A DNA stretch of 62,172 bases, the filler included, from Choristocarpus tenellus KU-1152 (Eukaryota > Protista > Phaeophyceae), in assembly GCA_964200185.2 (NCBI GenBank). It is 15 parts of 15 records of this genome, joined end to end, with 100 filler letters (N's around TTAATTAATTAA, not from the genome) between each part and the next. Parts side by side here need not be neighbours in the genome. Positions count along the whole stretch, not along the records: positions 25,117 to 28,760 come from CAXNAD020018770.1; positions 28,861 to 33,037 come from CAXNAD020015837.1; positions 33,138 to 36,483 come from CAXNAD020020656.1; positions 36,584 to 39,350 come from CAXNAD020024921.1; 11 more parts are not named here. The stretch is one strand, 5' to 3'. The stretch's first letter is position 1; each line of letters starts with the position of its first letter. Positions 26,202 to 39,450 of the stretch are shown here, piece after piece. A model generated the notes under the pieces. The model saw only the letters and a program-made list of their open reading frames with translations. It was not told the origin of the DNA and made no database searches. Both the position numbers and the translations under genes were made by a program.

Positions 26202-28207
26202 AGTCCTCCTTCACTCTCCTGAATTGGAGGATACCACCCAGGAACAACCCACATGGGAATTCCCTGTTATTATTTGGTCAGTCAAAATAGTGGAGTCGTG
26301 GACACTATATATTTCCTTAATGTATGATGAATTCATGCACCTCAGGCATCAAGCGTCAGTTTAATAATTACACTCGTATGCTGTTTTTTCCCACTGTCCT
26401 GCTCTCACATGGTTGGGTCAGCCTTGTTTTCGGTGTGAGCTTGGGGGACTCACGTCCTGGGGGTTGATCAATGTGGAGAGCAGGTCTGAGGGACACCTCC
26501 GGCAACGCATCTTCTCAGATTGAGAATCTCACTTCTGGATCTTTCCAGTTAGCTGGGTCTGAGAGACATCTCCAGTGACGCATCTCTGATTGAGGGTTCA
26601 CGGAGGATGTTGTGTAGTTTCCAAGTTCGAACACACCTCCAGTGGCACAAATTGGTCGATAATTTTGACGACATTCATTTATTAATTCACTGGAGGGAAT
26701 ATAGTAGGCAATTTCAGGTCCAACTACGATGTTTTCAGACACTTTACTTGGAAATGCAATGCAGGGCCATGTTGACGGGAGTGTAGAGTGGTTGCAATAT
26801 GCCATTTAGATAATAAAGAGGTAATTCTTCTTCTCCAGAACCTGTGATTGTCAGACCAGTTGGGATCTCTGCTGTGGATTGTCTAAGGTGGTTTCCCTTA
26901 GATATTGGAATCAAGTGTGAGACATTGCTACTGTTTCCGACAGGTCTTACATGATCATCAGTGTGCCCACAGGCCTGGAGCTTCAGGAGTTCCTGAAGCC
27001 ATTTGGGCAGCACAGTATTTGTTCTAGCGCACTCACTGAGGTGGTGTATAATGAAATCGGGGATGTCATCGCAGAACTGTGCCTGCGAAGTGGTCACCTC
27101 ACGAACGGTTGAACGTGAAGAGCTAGTCGGAATGTCCTGAACAGGACACGACGGGCATCATAGCAACCTCAACTGACACAAATGCTCAAAGTTCGACGAT
27201 ACTGCTCCTGCACCACCCTGATGATCTCCTGTGGGAGATGTGGGGGGAACTCGTATACAACTTTCAGTTTCTGAACTGCTGTATGGGAACGAGGACGAAC
27301 TAGTGGGAAAATCTGTGTCTGAGTCATGATTCGTGGATGACTCCATGTCCTGGATTGACTTGCTCTCGTTGGCCTTCTGCTGCTTTTATCTTGTTTCCTC
27401 AACAAGTTCAGCAAGAGGGTCTTGTTGATGACATTTTCTTCTTCTGGTTTTCGTGTTTAGGCATGTTGGTAGCCAAACGATTCTTACTCGTCACCCTATA
27501 TCTGATTTTACCAGTGTTAGCATTGTGGATTGTATGATTCTGTGGCAGTGTGGTTCAACTCAGGCAAGGGTAGCAAAGAGAATCACTGGGCAGGACGGTC
27601 TAGATGAACCAGGAAAAACCATAACCAAGAGGATGAGGTTCAGGTTGGACAAGTGTAACAATTGCAGATAACTGAAGAGCAGAGAGTTCCATATGATATG
27701 GACCCAAGGAAGTGGGGAGGATCACGATTAGGATGGGTTTCAGGAAGGAAGACCCTCAGAAATGGAAGGTGCACCTCTGGAAAAACATTTCCATGACGAA
27801 GCATCATGGGAAGTCACGGAGACCTATCCTTCCGAAGATCCTCCACAGTTGAACCAAAGATCCCAGAAAAGAACTCAATGTTATGTCGGTATATGGCATA
27901 CGGCGATAGCATCATGGTAAGAGACAACCCGGTATAAATGTGTGTGTGTGGGGGGGGGTTTCACGCAACATCGTCAATAAAACAATCAAGGGACGCTTTT
28001 TATTGCACGTCTGTGGTTAACCACACATACATACTACATGGTCACCCGAAAATCAATAAGTTGGTTGACAGGGTATCTAAACGCGGGATAACTATATATC
28101 TCAACTTAGGTTGAATAGTTCAACACAGGGATATCTCGCAACAGCTGTAACCCAACTAGAGGAGAAGTAGAGCGCGACCATCCCACCAATGTCGACAACT
28201 CTCTCAC

Positions 28208-28760
28208 CTTTTGGTACATTCCGCGGATCTCTGCTAGTGACACTTCTTTATTCTTTGTCTGTCGCTTGATAGCTTCTTGGAGCTCGTGCTGAAAATATAT
28301 CTTATCGTATAACCTGCGCTCAAGCACACTCTCGGTCGCGTAGTTGAGTGCTATAAGCATGGCGGTGCAGTGGGCGAACGGGACAAGGGTTAGGTGGGGA
28401 GCGATCGCGGGACACACGCGGCCTGCGGCACCGAGAAACATGTTGCTGAGGACAGGAATACCACGAGGGATAAAAAAGATGAGCAACGAAAAGATCCACA
28501 ATGGGCTGACTGACAATGAACATAGCAAGGGAAACTCGACAACAAATTCGTATATCAGAATAGTCATAAGGCGATCAAGGAACACCGAAAACACTCAACT
28601 TACTTCGGTGCTTAGTTGATCAGAACGGTCAGGCGATTATGGAGCAACGAAAACACTCCATCACCCACCGTTGGCAATTAGCCTCTCTTCTGTTTGGTCG
28701 AACTCCATGTAGATCCGCATGGTGAAAGCGTGCTCGGGATCAAACACTCTCTTCAGCGCC
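28208..28760 (-). CDS. Two spliced exons of an unidentified protein (partial)
   Basis: Exons 28760-28669 and 28422-28208, joined in phase 1: ALKRVFDPEHAFTMRIYMEFDQTEKRLIANG/RVCPAIAPHLTLVPFAHCTAMLIALNYATES...GMYQK. Confidence 0.6.
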
Positions 28761-29242
28761 NNNNNNNNNNNNNNNNNNNNNNNNNNNNNNNNNNNNNNNN
28801 NNNNTTAATTAATTAANNNNNNNNNNNNNNNNNNNNNNNNNNNNNNNNNNNNNNNNNNNNCGCTCTGAAATGGTCTCTTCCCCGAAAAAACAACCCCCCC
28901 CCCCCCCCCCCTTCCCCCCCCCCCCCCCCCCCTCCCAACAAAAAGGAATACCATGTAGAGGTGTTCTTATTCATATCAAACTACTACAACATTAGACCAA
29001 TGTGTCACCTCTCAAAAACCATCAAAAATTACACAAAAGCACGTAACTGCCACAAATAAAAAAAAAACACAAGACCACAGAGGACAGCAACAAGAGAGAG
29101 AGAGAGAGAGTACCTACGACAGCATACCACTACCCAACTTGAAAAAAAACAAAAAAAAACACTCCGCTCGCTCATAGAACTATCCCAAGAGCTGTTATAC
29201 AAAAACCTTTCTACAAGTATGCTATACAAGTAAGTGTCTCAC

Positions 29243-31924
29243 CTGCCTCATCCTATTCCTCCCCTCAAAGGCAAAGGGCTTGGTCACCACTCCCACTGTC
29301 AGCGATCCCTGCACCCATCAACACACCCATCAATACATTAACATGCAAAAAAAAATCACGGACACATGTGAAGCCCACCCCCACCCCCCCCACAAGAAAA
29401 TACAGGCAAAAATTCAAGAGTAGGAACATATTAAAAAATCAGTTTGTCAGGACGCCAGCCACACATTAAATAAATATATAGTCTTAAAAGGAATCAGTTA
29501 CAAGAGTCAATCACAAATCTAATTTACCAACATTGTCACTACCCCATAGAGCACTTTTTGCACACAGTCATCCATCAAATCACATGCATACAGGAGACTA
29601 AAGGCAACAAATGGTGCACAAGAGTGTATCAATACTCTCCACTTCTCACAGCCAAGTACTCACTTCGAGCACTAATACTCCACTTCTGCAGTCAGGTACT
29701 ACTGGAAGTAGTTAGCAAGACACTTTGGAAATGCACACCTAAACATGATACATACATCCATACATCCATACACAACATATACATACATACATAAATACAC
29801 CTAAACATGATACATACATACATACACAACATATACATACATACATAATACACACATACACACATTAAATACACAAAACACAAAACATACATACATACAC
29901 TCATGATAACAAAAGGTCTGCACCTCCTACTCAGGCGCATCATTCCAATTTAAAAAAACATAAAGAGAGACCCCAGAGATAAACATCGCACACAGGCATA
30001 CCACCACCATGTACATCTCTACAGGTGAAGAACGCTATAGCTAAAAGCAATGCCCTCTAAAACTGCCTCCTGAGGAACGTGTTTTGAGCACTCTGGACAC
30101 TGCTTTCATCAAAAAACAAAATTCGTATTCTCACCTAACCTTCTACCACACCCCACACCCATGTATGTGGGGGTCAACTACACCTCATGCATAGCCATCA
30201 AATTCAAACTCGAAAAGGGGTATGAGGTTTTTTGTTTTGTTTTCTGAGATACCACGAGGTTCAAAAAAGGGGATTTAAAAAAAATGAACTCAAAAAGGGC
30301 CAAACCCAAACCCCCCTCTTAGATAGTTTCACTCTACAGTAGCAACTGCTCTCATCGTTTAATTTCACCTGGTCTCTCAGGGTTTACCCTGATACAAGAA
30401 TATTCAAAGAATATTCAAAGACCCTTCTCGGTGTAGGTTGCAGTTCTCATTATCATCGCCATCAAATTCTCCTCAAAACCCGCCTCTTCTTCAACAAAGT
30501 TTAAGTGTTTAAATTCAAACCAGTCCACTTCATACATACATCCCCCCCCCCAAAATGGAAGGACTGCTGCAACTACTTCATACCCGGGTGTGTAACTAAA
30601 AAAAACACATTAAATATTAAATCTCGACTTCGTGGAAGTTACCAGGTTACCAGGGATGACAAATCCTGTCTCCTATTACACTTAAAAACCTTAACTATGA
30701 CTTTGAAGCACAATTCACACCCCACACTCTAGAGAGCACAAGACAAGTTTGCCCTAACCCTAACCCTACTTATTACATCAATATCAAAAACTCAACACTC
30801 TCACATAGTACTCTCAATCATAAAAAACTCCACCTAAAGGCATTAATCCTGTCCTTTCCTCAACACAACCCTCCCAATGATAACAACACGCCTTCGCAAG
30901 AACTACAACAACATACCAGGCAGTATTAACTTTGCCATTCATATGGAACAACTACACCCCCCCCCCCCTTCCCCCCCTGGACGCAAAAACTCACCTCCCC
31001 CAAGGCACACCCTCCGACNNNNNNNNNNCCAGGCAGTATTAACTTTGCCATTCATATGGAACAACTACACCCCCCCCCCCTTCCCCTCGTGAATGCAAAG
31101 ACTCACCTGCTCCAGGGCACACTCTGCGACCAGCGGCGCTGCTCCAGAGCCTTTCCATTAGGCATAAATTAGAGGCACCCCGTTTAGTAACACAACCATG
31201 GCAAGACAAGGTCATAGGGTTAGGGTTAGGGGTTAACAGGAAACAACACTCACGACAGGAGAGGTCACCACAACACGCCTTTCCAATATATGCTAAATCC
31301 CATCATAGGGCTACAGTGAAGCACTCGTCCATTATTTTTCTGGCTGTTGCCTAAGGAAACGCCTTCACCCTCTTAACGCTAAACCAGCAAGTCACCCAAG
31401 CCAAAGAGACAAAAAAATACTACTTAAAAGTACATACATACGTACATAAACATGTGCATACAAAAATATACATACACAGATTGCAACGCAGAGAGAGAAA
31501 GAGAGAGAGAGAGAGAGGGAGAAAGAGGGAGAGAAGTAGCATAACAACGATATGTGATCCTGAACAGAAAGTAAGACCAAAGTGAAGACAAACAACACTT
31601 GAACCCTGTGAAATGACTTACACTTTTAACATTATTGACTATTCTGCACCATGACCAAAGCCAACCTGGTTGAGCTACTAATCGGGGTACATTCAGCACA
31701 ATGTTACTTCAAACAACACAACATAAACACATCGGAAGATAAACACAATGTTACTTCAAACAACAAAACATAAACACACCGGGAGATAAATACGGTCTTA
31801 CCTCAAGCAACACAAGCAACACAAGCACCACACCCCACACAAGAACACAATCCATTTCTCTCACCAGTGCCACCTCCCATGCCTGCAGTAACAAACACCA
31901 TATCAGCATTCTCCACCAACATTC
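29243..31924 (-). CDS. ftsZ: FtsZ (organellar, probably plastid division), three internal micro-exons
   Basis: Exons 31924-31865 (MLVENADMVFVTAGMGGGTG), 31150-31107 (SGAAPLVAECALEQ) and 29308-29243 (GSLTVGVVTKPFAFEGRNRMRQ). All are AG/GT flanked with consistent phases and include the GGGTGSG tubulin signature. Confidence 0.95.
29728..29900. repeat. Degenerate (ACAT)n array with a duplicated ACACCTAAACATGATACATAC
   Basis: Seen directly; lies within an FtsZ intron. Confidence 0.8.
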
Positions 31925-33291
31925 CTGCACACAGACACATAGACACACACAACACAGTCAGGTGGGTCAGCACTCAAAATATTTAGGGAGGTGGTGGGGG
32001 TGGGGGGGTTGGACAAGACAGGAGGTAGAAAAAGTGTGTGGGGTGTGGACATCACCCCCAAAGAAAAAGACCTCCATAACGTGCATAGCCAGTACCTTCT
32101 CTCCCTTTCGGCAGAGCATTGGAATAAATCGTGTATTAACTATTACACAACACAACACAACACAAATAACTTGTATTTATTACCACACGCTACTATTAAT
32201 ATCAATATCAACTGTGCGCCTTCACCCTAACCCTAACCCTAACTAAAAAAACCGAAATATATTCCTATGAAAATAGTAGTACCCCCCCCCCCTGTCCATG
32301 CTGACATCCCTCCATTAAGTACAGCAACTTAAGCACAACCACCTTGTCCTTGCCCTCTGACAAACCACCTATATCATATCCACATCCATACCTACAACTA
32401 ACATCACATCACAAAGATAGCAGTGTGTACAATTTCAAGATATTTCTATTAGGGTTAGGGTTATAGGGTTAGGGAAGGCGCCGGATACAACACAAAAAAA
32501 CAAATTTCCCAAATAAAAAAAAGTGCAGTCAGCAGAGTGTGATACCAACCACCTTATCATCCGTTTACCTCTAATTTAACACCAACAATACAATACAACC
32601 AATTTCAAAGCCCATACCATCACCTGCTCATTAGAGTCGAGAGGTTAGTCATACCACTCTTGTGCTACCAACCAGAACTGCAAACCCCCCTGGGTAATAA
32701 ATGCGCTAACTGAATTCCATTAATCTTTTTTGGTGGTTTTTCATATCCCCCTGCAAAATAACTATAATATAATTAATAATAAATAATAAACAACCAAAGT
32801 GATCCACTATACGTGTTAAGATGAATGAAAAATCCCAGTCGGCTCTTTATTAAAAAAAAATGAACAAAAATACAATATTAAAAATATATATTAGGTAAGT
32901 CCCTTCCCTTCCCTTCCCTTCCCTTGTATAACTTCAACAAAGAAAGGCATGGATAATCGTATCAACAGTAAATACCCACCCCCCCAAAAAAAAAAAAAAT
33001 TTATTAATAAAATAAAAATATATAAAAAAAAAAAAAANNNNNNNNNNNNNNNNNNNNNNNNNNNNNNNNNNNNNNNNNNNNTTAATTAATTAANNNNNNN
33101 NNNNNNNNNNNNNNNNNNNNNNNNNNNNNNNNNNNNNTAACTGCGTGCACAAAGTTGGCTACTCGTAAACATCTACAAGGAAATATCAGCAGTACAATTG
33201 CAAGCTCGAGACCTATTATCTGTAGGGTTTGTAGTACAAACAACAATTATAAAAAGCAGTGTAATAAAAAAAGCCAGCACACCCTTCTTAC

Positions 33292-36200
33292 CTTCCACTT
33301 GTCCTCCTCGTAGGCTTGGCCGAAGGATGTGTCTATCCTCTGCTTCACCTCGTCCTTTGACGCTGCGTTGGACACGAACACCTCCACCCTCCTGCTCCGT
33401 TCAAGGGCCGCCTCCACCACATTGTGCCTCTCTGCGCTGTAGGAGATGACGGTGTCCCCAGCATTCGTGTACCTAGCGTGGGAGGGCAGTTCGTAAATTA
33501 ACCCTAACATGGTATATTGTATTGCGCACAGACTCATCATTTCGCAGTGTATGCAGTACGTTCCGATACAGGGCAACACGCTCTTTGTGTGTTTCGACGC
33601 TTAACGTACCGATTCGGGAAACAAACTCGTGGTATGGATTGATGCCCCCGAACCGTCACCCAGCTCGTTCTGTTACTGTTTAACGACGATGTCCTACACC
33701 TTCCACAAAAAAATAAATAAATCGCTGCTTCTGTGAAGCAGGATATGTGTCACGTTATTAACGAACCTGTTAACAAGGAAGTTGAGGGCCCTCATGGGGA
33801 TGTCCGAGATAGCACCTTCGTATTCGACATCCATCATGGATTGGAGTACAACAGGAGATGTATCGCGCCCGTGTCCGAAGATGTCGTCAACAGTGACTCG
33901 CTTACTGCATGTGAACATTGTCCCACCGTTGTGCGCGAGACAAATCATGTCCTGGTAGCTTTTGAGATGGTTATCTGTGCCTAATTGAGGGCGCCCCCCC
34001 TTCCTCGTCTTCGATACTAGCATTAGGGGATGATCCTCCAAAAACAAGCCCACCTTCGACACAGAAAGAGCCTCTGAATGAAGAGAATGCGGGAGGGAGC
34101 GCGTGGGTCCGACATGCGTCGAACTTGACAGTGACATAACACAAGTAGTCATGGTAGGGATTCATGAAATCTCGCACCACTAACATTATAATAGTACAAC
34201 GAGTGTGGAACGCAAGGGAAATAACCAATGCAAAAATTGCAAGCAATAGTAGATTGAGTAATAACAGGAGTAAATATGGCAAAAAGGTGTGGTGAACACG
34301 AGTAACACCAGCATGCGAGAGAATGGACAGTGAAACAAATAAGTGCGTACTTGCCGGGGGGGGGAGAGCAAGCGACACAAAAGGGAGTGGAAGGTATGAA
34401 GGACATGAAACAACATGGGAAAAGTAAAGAATATTGGAATACACAGGGATTAATGGAATCTCGTGCCACTAACATTATAAGAGTACAATGAGTCTGGAAC
34501 GCAAGGCAAATAATCAATGCAAGAATTGCAAACACTAGGAGATTAAGCAATAATAGGAGAAAATATGGCAAAAAAATGTGGTGAACACGAGTAACACCAG
34601 CATGCGAGAGAATGGACAATGAAACAAAGAAGTACGTACTTGCCGGGGGGAGAGAGCAAGCGACACAAAAGGAAGTGGAAGGTATGGAGAACATGAAACA
34701 ACATGGGAAAAGTGAAGAATATTAGAATACACACGACCTAATCCTCATCTACTGAACGGTCGCACAATATTCGATCGGCACACGGACGGAATGATAACAG
34801 TCATAGTTGATTTCAATAGTCACCCGCAATATACCTCGTATTTCAGCGCTGGCGAACTCTGCAACTCACCGTTTAGGCGGTGTAAATGCACCTTCCACGG
34901 GTGGGGCACAGTGAGGGCGATGGTGCCCTGAGGATGCATCTTACCCCGCAAGCATTGAAGCATCTCGCGCAGGTATGTGTTGGTCGCCTCTTCGTCGATG
35001 AGGAGTCTTGGCTCGGCGGCAATGGACACTATGGCGAGCTTTGGCGTTGCAGAAGGCGAAATCACCAAGTTTGTCTAGTGATATAGTGGGGTCGAGAGGG
35101 CGAAGGTCATGTAGTGCAGTGTTCTCATTCCTGCTTGGACATCATGACACACGACACAGTAGACAGACAGCACGACAAGAAGGACGGCATAGTACGCTAC
35201 GGTGCAGGTAATCTTTTCCTTAAGTGAGTTCCTGACAATATTTTCGCAGCATCTTCAAAATGTCAGGCCGTACCCTCCACAACGTCAGACTCATCAGACA
35301 AAAAAAAATCTCGTGGAAGGAGGGTAGGCGTCAAAACACTAAGTTCCATGTCCCATGGAACCCTCCAATAAAGCGACACATCCAAGGTACAAAGGATGAG
35401 CAACCCACATGATGTACAAGCAGCCACGACCTATGTGCAAACCAATGTGAAAACAAACACGCAGAGACGACTCATGTATCGGTACAATGTGCAACAACGC
35501 CGAGACCCACATGCACTTCTCCATGTCGGCCGTTTCGCTATGTGAGGTGGGACGTAAAAGGCTTTGCGTCGTGGGTGACCCGCCCGCGCTCCTTGCGCGA
35601 GCCTTACCCTTACCCTTGCCCCTGTACCGACCCGCTGCTTCGTTCTCCATCGATCCAGACCCTTCACTGCCCTCCCGTGCCATGGGGCAATTGATACATA
35701 GTCGATCCTTGTCTCTTTCGTCGCCTACAATCTCCGCGTTGGCACATTCGCCCATATGGGTGATTGAGCACCTTGGGCATGAATACCTGTCGCGCGTGTA
35801 ATCGGACGAGAGCATTAAACAGATAGGATAGTATTTTTCCAAATAAACAATTGGGCACAACAACGCAACGCGGGAATCCACGGTTACGAAGGATCACGAA
35901 ATTGGCGGCGCAAGACAGTACAGGTGAGGTACAAATGTCAGTGATGTACATGCATTATTAACACAAATCGTACTGTGGTAAATAAAGAGACGTGGGGGTA
36001 GCTACCGCAGCGCTGCATACAGGTTCCACAACATACCACCGGTTCAATGGTGTGTGCCGCTGAAAAGATACAAAGTATCTATCCGTTCGGGGGATTGGAT
36101 GGAAACCAATCTTACGCTATTAATTACACTCCACCCTACACGTGTACCATTACAAGTACATTACTCACCGAGACACAGGTGGAGGATTGCATTCAGCACA

Positions 36201-36483
36201 GCAAATGCCCGCGTTCCACCCTCCATGGCCGTTTTGAAGTTCCTCCGCACCAGGAACACTGCCCACAGAACCCCCTTCGTCCGCATCCTCTATGTCTGGG
36301 AGTCCGTTCCCTCCGACGTCTTCGTTCCCTCTGACGTCTTCGTTCCCTCCGACGTCTTGGTCGCCTCCTACGTCTTCGTCCCCTCCGACATCTTCATCCC
36401 CTCCCCCGTCCTCTTTCTCACGGTCATGTGATGCCGATCCGTTGTTGCTCTCAACTTCTGCGCCGCCGCCATCACAGCCCCAC
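33292..36483 (-). CDS. Multi-exon gene (or pseudogene) with acidic repeats and a PHD-like zinc finger
   Basis: Exon ending at 36169 (GGDEDV repeats, CCAECNPPPVS) splices in phase to the exon starting at 35786 (RYSCPRCSITHMGEC...LCINC). Further exon-like ORFs at ~35075-34836, ~34072-33778 and ~33440-33292. Confidence 0.6.
34156..34733. repeat. Two-copy 289-bp tandem duplication
   Basis: Units start at 34156 and 34445 (AGGGATTMATGRAATCTCG...). Confidence 0.9.
36304..36408 (-). repeat. Coding 18-bp minisatellite (GG[DN][EQ]DV), about 5 copies
   Basis: CGTTCCCTCCGACGTCTT units. Confidence 0.85.
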
Positions 36484-38601
36484 NNNNNNNNNNNNNNNNN
36501 NNNNNNNNNNNNNNNNNNNNNNNNNNNTTAATTAATTAANNNNNNNNNNNNNNNNNNNNNNNNNNNNNNNNNNNNNNNNNNNNCGAGAGAAAAACCACGC
36601 AAAACGGGCCCCCCCCCCCCCCCCCCAGATACTATGAGAGCCTCTTCACAAACACACCTGGCTCAATCAATTACCGTTGTTGTCAAGAACATTCAAAATG
36701 CTCTTGCTTCAAACCCTCAAGGTGATGCCCCTGTGACTACATCTACTACTCACAAAGTGGGTTGCCGGCCTGATACAACATCAGATTCCACTAAAAGAGG
36801 TAGAGACGAAGGTTTGAATCTTTTTTCAAGGCGAACTCGTAGACGATTTACCCGCTAAGTCGTTGGCGTTTTTTCTTTACCAAGTGCACATATATTTTTT
36901 AATTATACTCAAATTGATATTTTGATGGGTCCACACACATATGGGGTGGTAAGGCCTTTATCCCTTTCTTGTCGAGTTTCGAATGGAAGAAAATCCCCAT
37001 GCACCTCTTTTTTCATCTCCAAACTTGCTTTCATCATACCCGCAAAAAGGGCAACTGATGTCAATACTCGGGATGGTCATTTATAGGTTCGAATCGTTTA
37101 TCTTAAGCAGGAAATCGTTTGGATCCCTCCGCCCTCTCAATGGTTTGCCCCTTAAGCAAATAAGATTTTGTTTTGAGCTCATTCGGTGGGAGGTCACTGT
37201 GTTCCTCGTAGGCGGGCACATGGTTTCTGCTCCACATAGTCCAAAATATTGGAACTGGAAGAAAACTGAATCTCATCCCTCCAGAGCTCCGGATATAAGG
37301 GTTATTAACAACAATACTTGAAGGTGAGAAATCGGGTTTTAACGTTCAAATCAAAAGGATTAGACAGTATATAGATTCCTCAGAATGGAAGTGGACAATC
37401 CTTTCCTGACAAACACAGGATATTTATTAACCTTTTGCTTTCAGGGACGCACGGTAATAACTTGAGGTAATGATCCACCCACAAAGGTAATCACTGATCC
37501 AATTCCTCAATCCCCCCCTGGCTCTGTGCAGTCCCTCTTGAAACATCTATTGTGGCCTAGCGCAGTCCACAACCAATAATAGGGAACAATAGTTTTCCAT
37601 TCACGTTTACAATAGCTGAGGCATTGTGGCTTGATCAACACAATGACCCAAGCACTTTTTTGGTACCAAAATTCCTGGGATGTTATCTTTATCACCCTTT
37701 GGTGGTTAAAGGTACAATAAGATGTTTTCCATCATCAACAACTTTGGGGTTCCAACCCTGTTGAGGACAACTTTTCAAAGAACTCCAAATTGGCTCATTG
37801 AACATTCTTGGGATACCCAGATGATTCTTTTTCTTTTCTCCCCCGGGATTGTCTGCCATGATGTGCTGCCCAGCCACTTTTTCTTCTCGTGCACAGACAG
37901 GGCTCACACTGGGGGGGGGGGTGATGTGACGGACAGGTCCCTCTGGGACCTGATCTCAGTCCAAATCCATATCCCCGCGCACACATTAGTGCATTGCGCG
38001 CACATTTCTTTGTCATGTGGTGTTCCCACCAATATCAAACACAGAACTCTTGATAATTCTCAGACCCCTTGCCGTTGACGGTCACAAGGATGTGACGTCA
38101 GCTGACGGATCTGGGATTCTCTTCAAACTTCTTCTAAGATTTGATGGCTGAGAAAGCTTTGGGCTTGCTGGAAGCACGCCAAGTGGTGATGCTGAGCACC
38201 CCCCACGACTGATTGGACCCTGCCTCACGACATTTTGTTTATATTGTGGCGAGAAGTCCATTCATTGATACGATACCGATACGATGTCACGATAATATCG
38301 TGTTGTGGTTCGGTAGTTCTAAACGTCTTGGTATTTGGATTGTGAATCATGAATCGGAGTTTTCTTCAAGATCTAATGACATCATAGATGACGTCAAAAC
38401 AAATGTAAGGAAGTAGTTAGTACCAATATGTACCACAATTGACAAAATACGATAGATCCTTGTGCAAGTTGGAATTTGGAAATCGGAGGACCAAACAGGA
38501 CGTAATCAATCAAACCCCACACCCTCTTCCATAGATCACACTACGCAACTTCTGTACACCAGAGCAAATTTATCCACTTCCAAAACTCTACATCTAAGAC
38601 A

Positions 38602-39350
38602 ATGAAGTCTGCTGTCATGGCTGTTGCTTGCGCTGCCAGCGCCCAGGCCTTCGTGGCCCCCAGGTTCGTTCCGTTGAACTACGCTTTGCCGACTTATGTT
38701 GATAGTTTTTTCCTGCATCCTTTTTTTACATGCTGCGGTTAGTTACTTCCTTCTTAGGGTTTGATACTCTCTTCTCACTGTGCGTGTTCGTGTTCTACTG
38801 ATGATGTATTACGTGGTCGGTGTGGTCTCGGTGTGAGCTGTGGATTCATTGAGATTGGCGAACCTTTTTGCTGCATTGCTGAAGGTTACCTGAAGAGGCA
38901 TTAACTTAAACTCTGCTGCTCAACTCTAGGTTATGATCTAACGGAGATGACTCGATGTTTCCCTCTGCCTCTTTCCCCCTCCCCATTTGCAGTGCCTTCA
39001 AGGGTGCTTCCCTGGCCACTGCCGCGAAGTCGTCTACGGCTATGAAGATGTCGTTCGAGTCTGAGATCGGCGCACAGCCCCCTCTCGGTTTCTTCGACCC
39101 TCTCGGTTTGCTGGCCGACGCTGACCAGGAGCGGTTCGAGCGGCTCCGTTACGTGGAGATCAAGCACGGGCGTATCTCTATGCTCGCTGTGGCCGGGCAC
39201 CTGGTTGCACAGAACACCCGGCTGCCTGGCATGCTCTCCAACTCGGCCAACCTGTCCTTCGCAGACATGCCTAACGGTGTGGCAGCCCTCTCGAAGATCC
39301 CCCCCCTGGGTCTTGCCCAGATCGTGGCGTTCATCGGTTTCCTCGAGTTG
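38602..39350 (+). CDS. LHCF: Fucoxanthin-chlorophyll a/c-binding protein (LHCF/FCP) precursor, 3'-truncated
   Basis: Exon 1 38602-38663 (MKSAVMAVACAASAQAFVAP: signal peptide plus ASAFAP-type motif); exon 2 38993-39350 (SFESEIGAQPPLGFFDPLG...RYVEIKHGRISMLA...QIVAFIGFLEL). Confidence 0.97.
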
Positions 39351-39450
39351 NNNNNNNNNNNNNNNNNNNNNNNNNNNNNNNNNNNNNNNNNNNNTTAATT
39401 AATTAANNNNNNNNNNNNNNNNNNNNNNNNNNNNNNNNNNNNNNNNNNNN

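Noticed and set aside
30916-31130. Apparent duplicated FtsZ exon end
   Set aside because: The same ~50 bp plus poly-C flank both sides of a 10-N gap; most likely an unmerged low-quality overlap.
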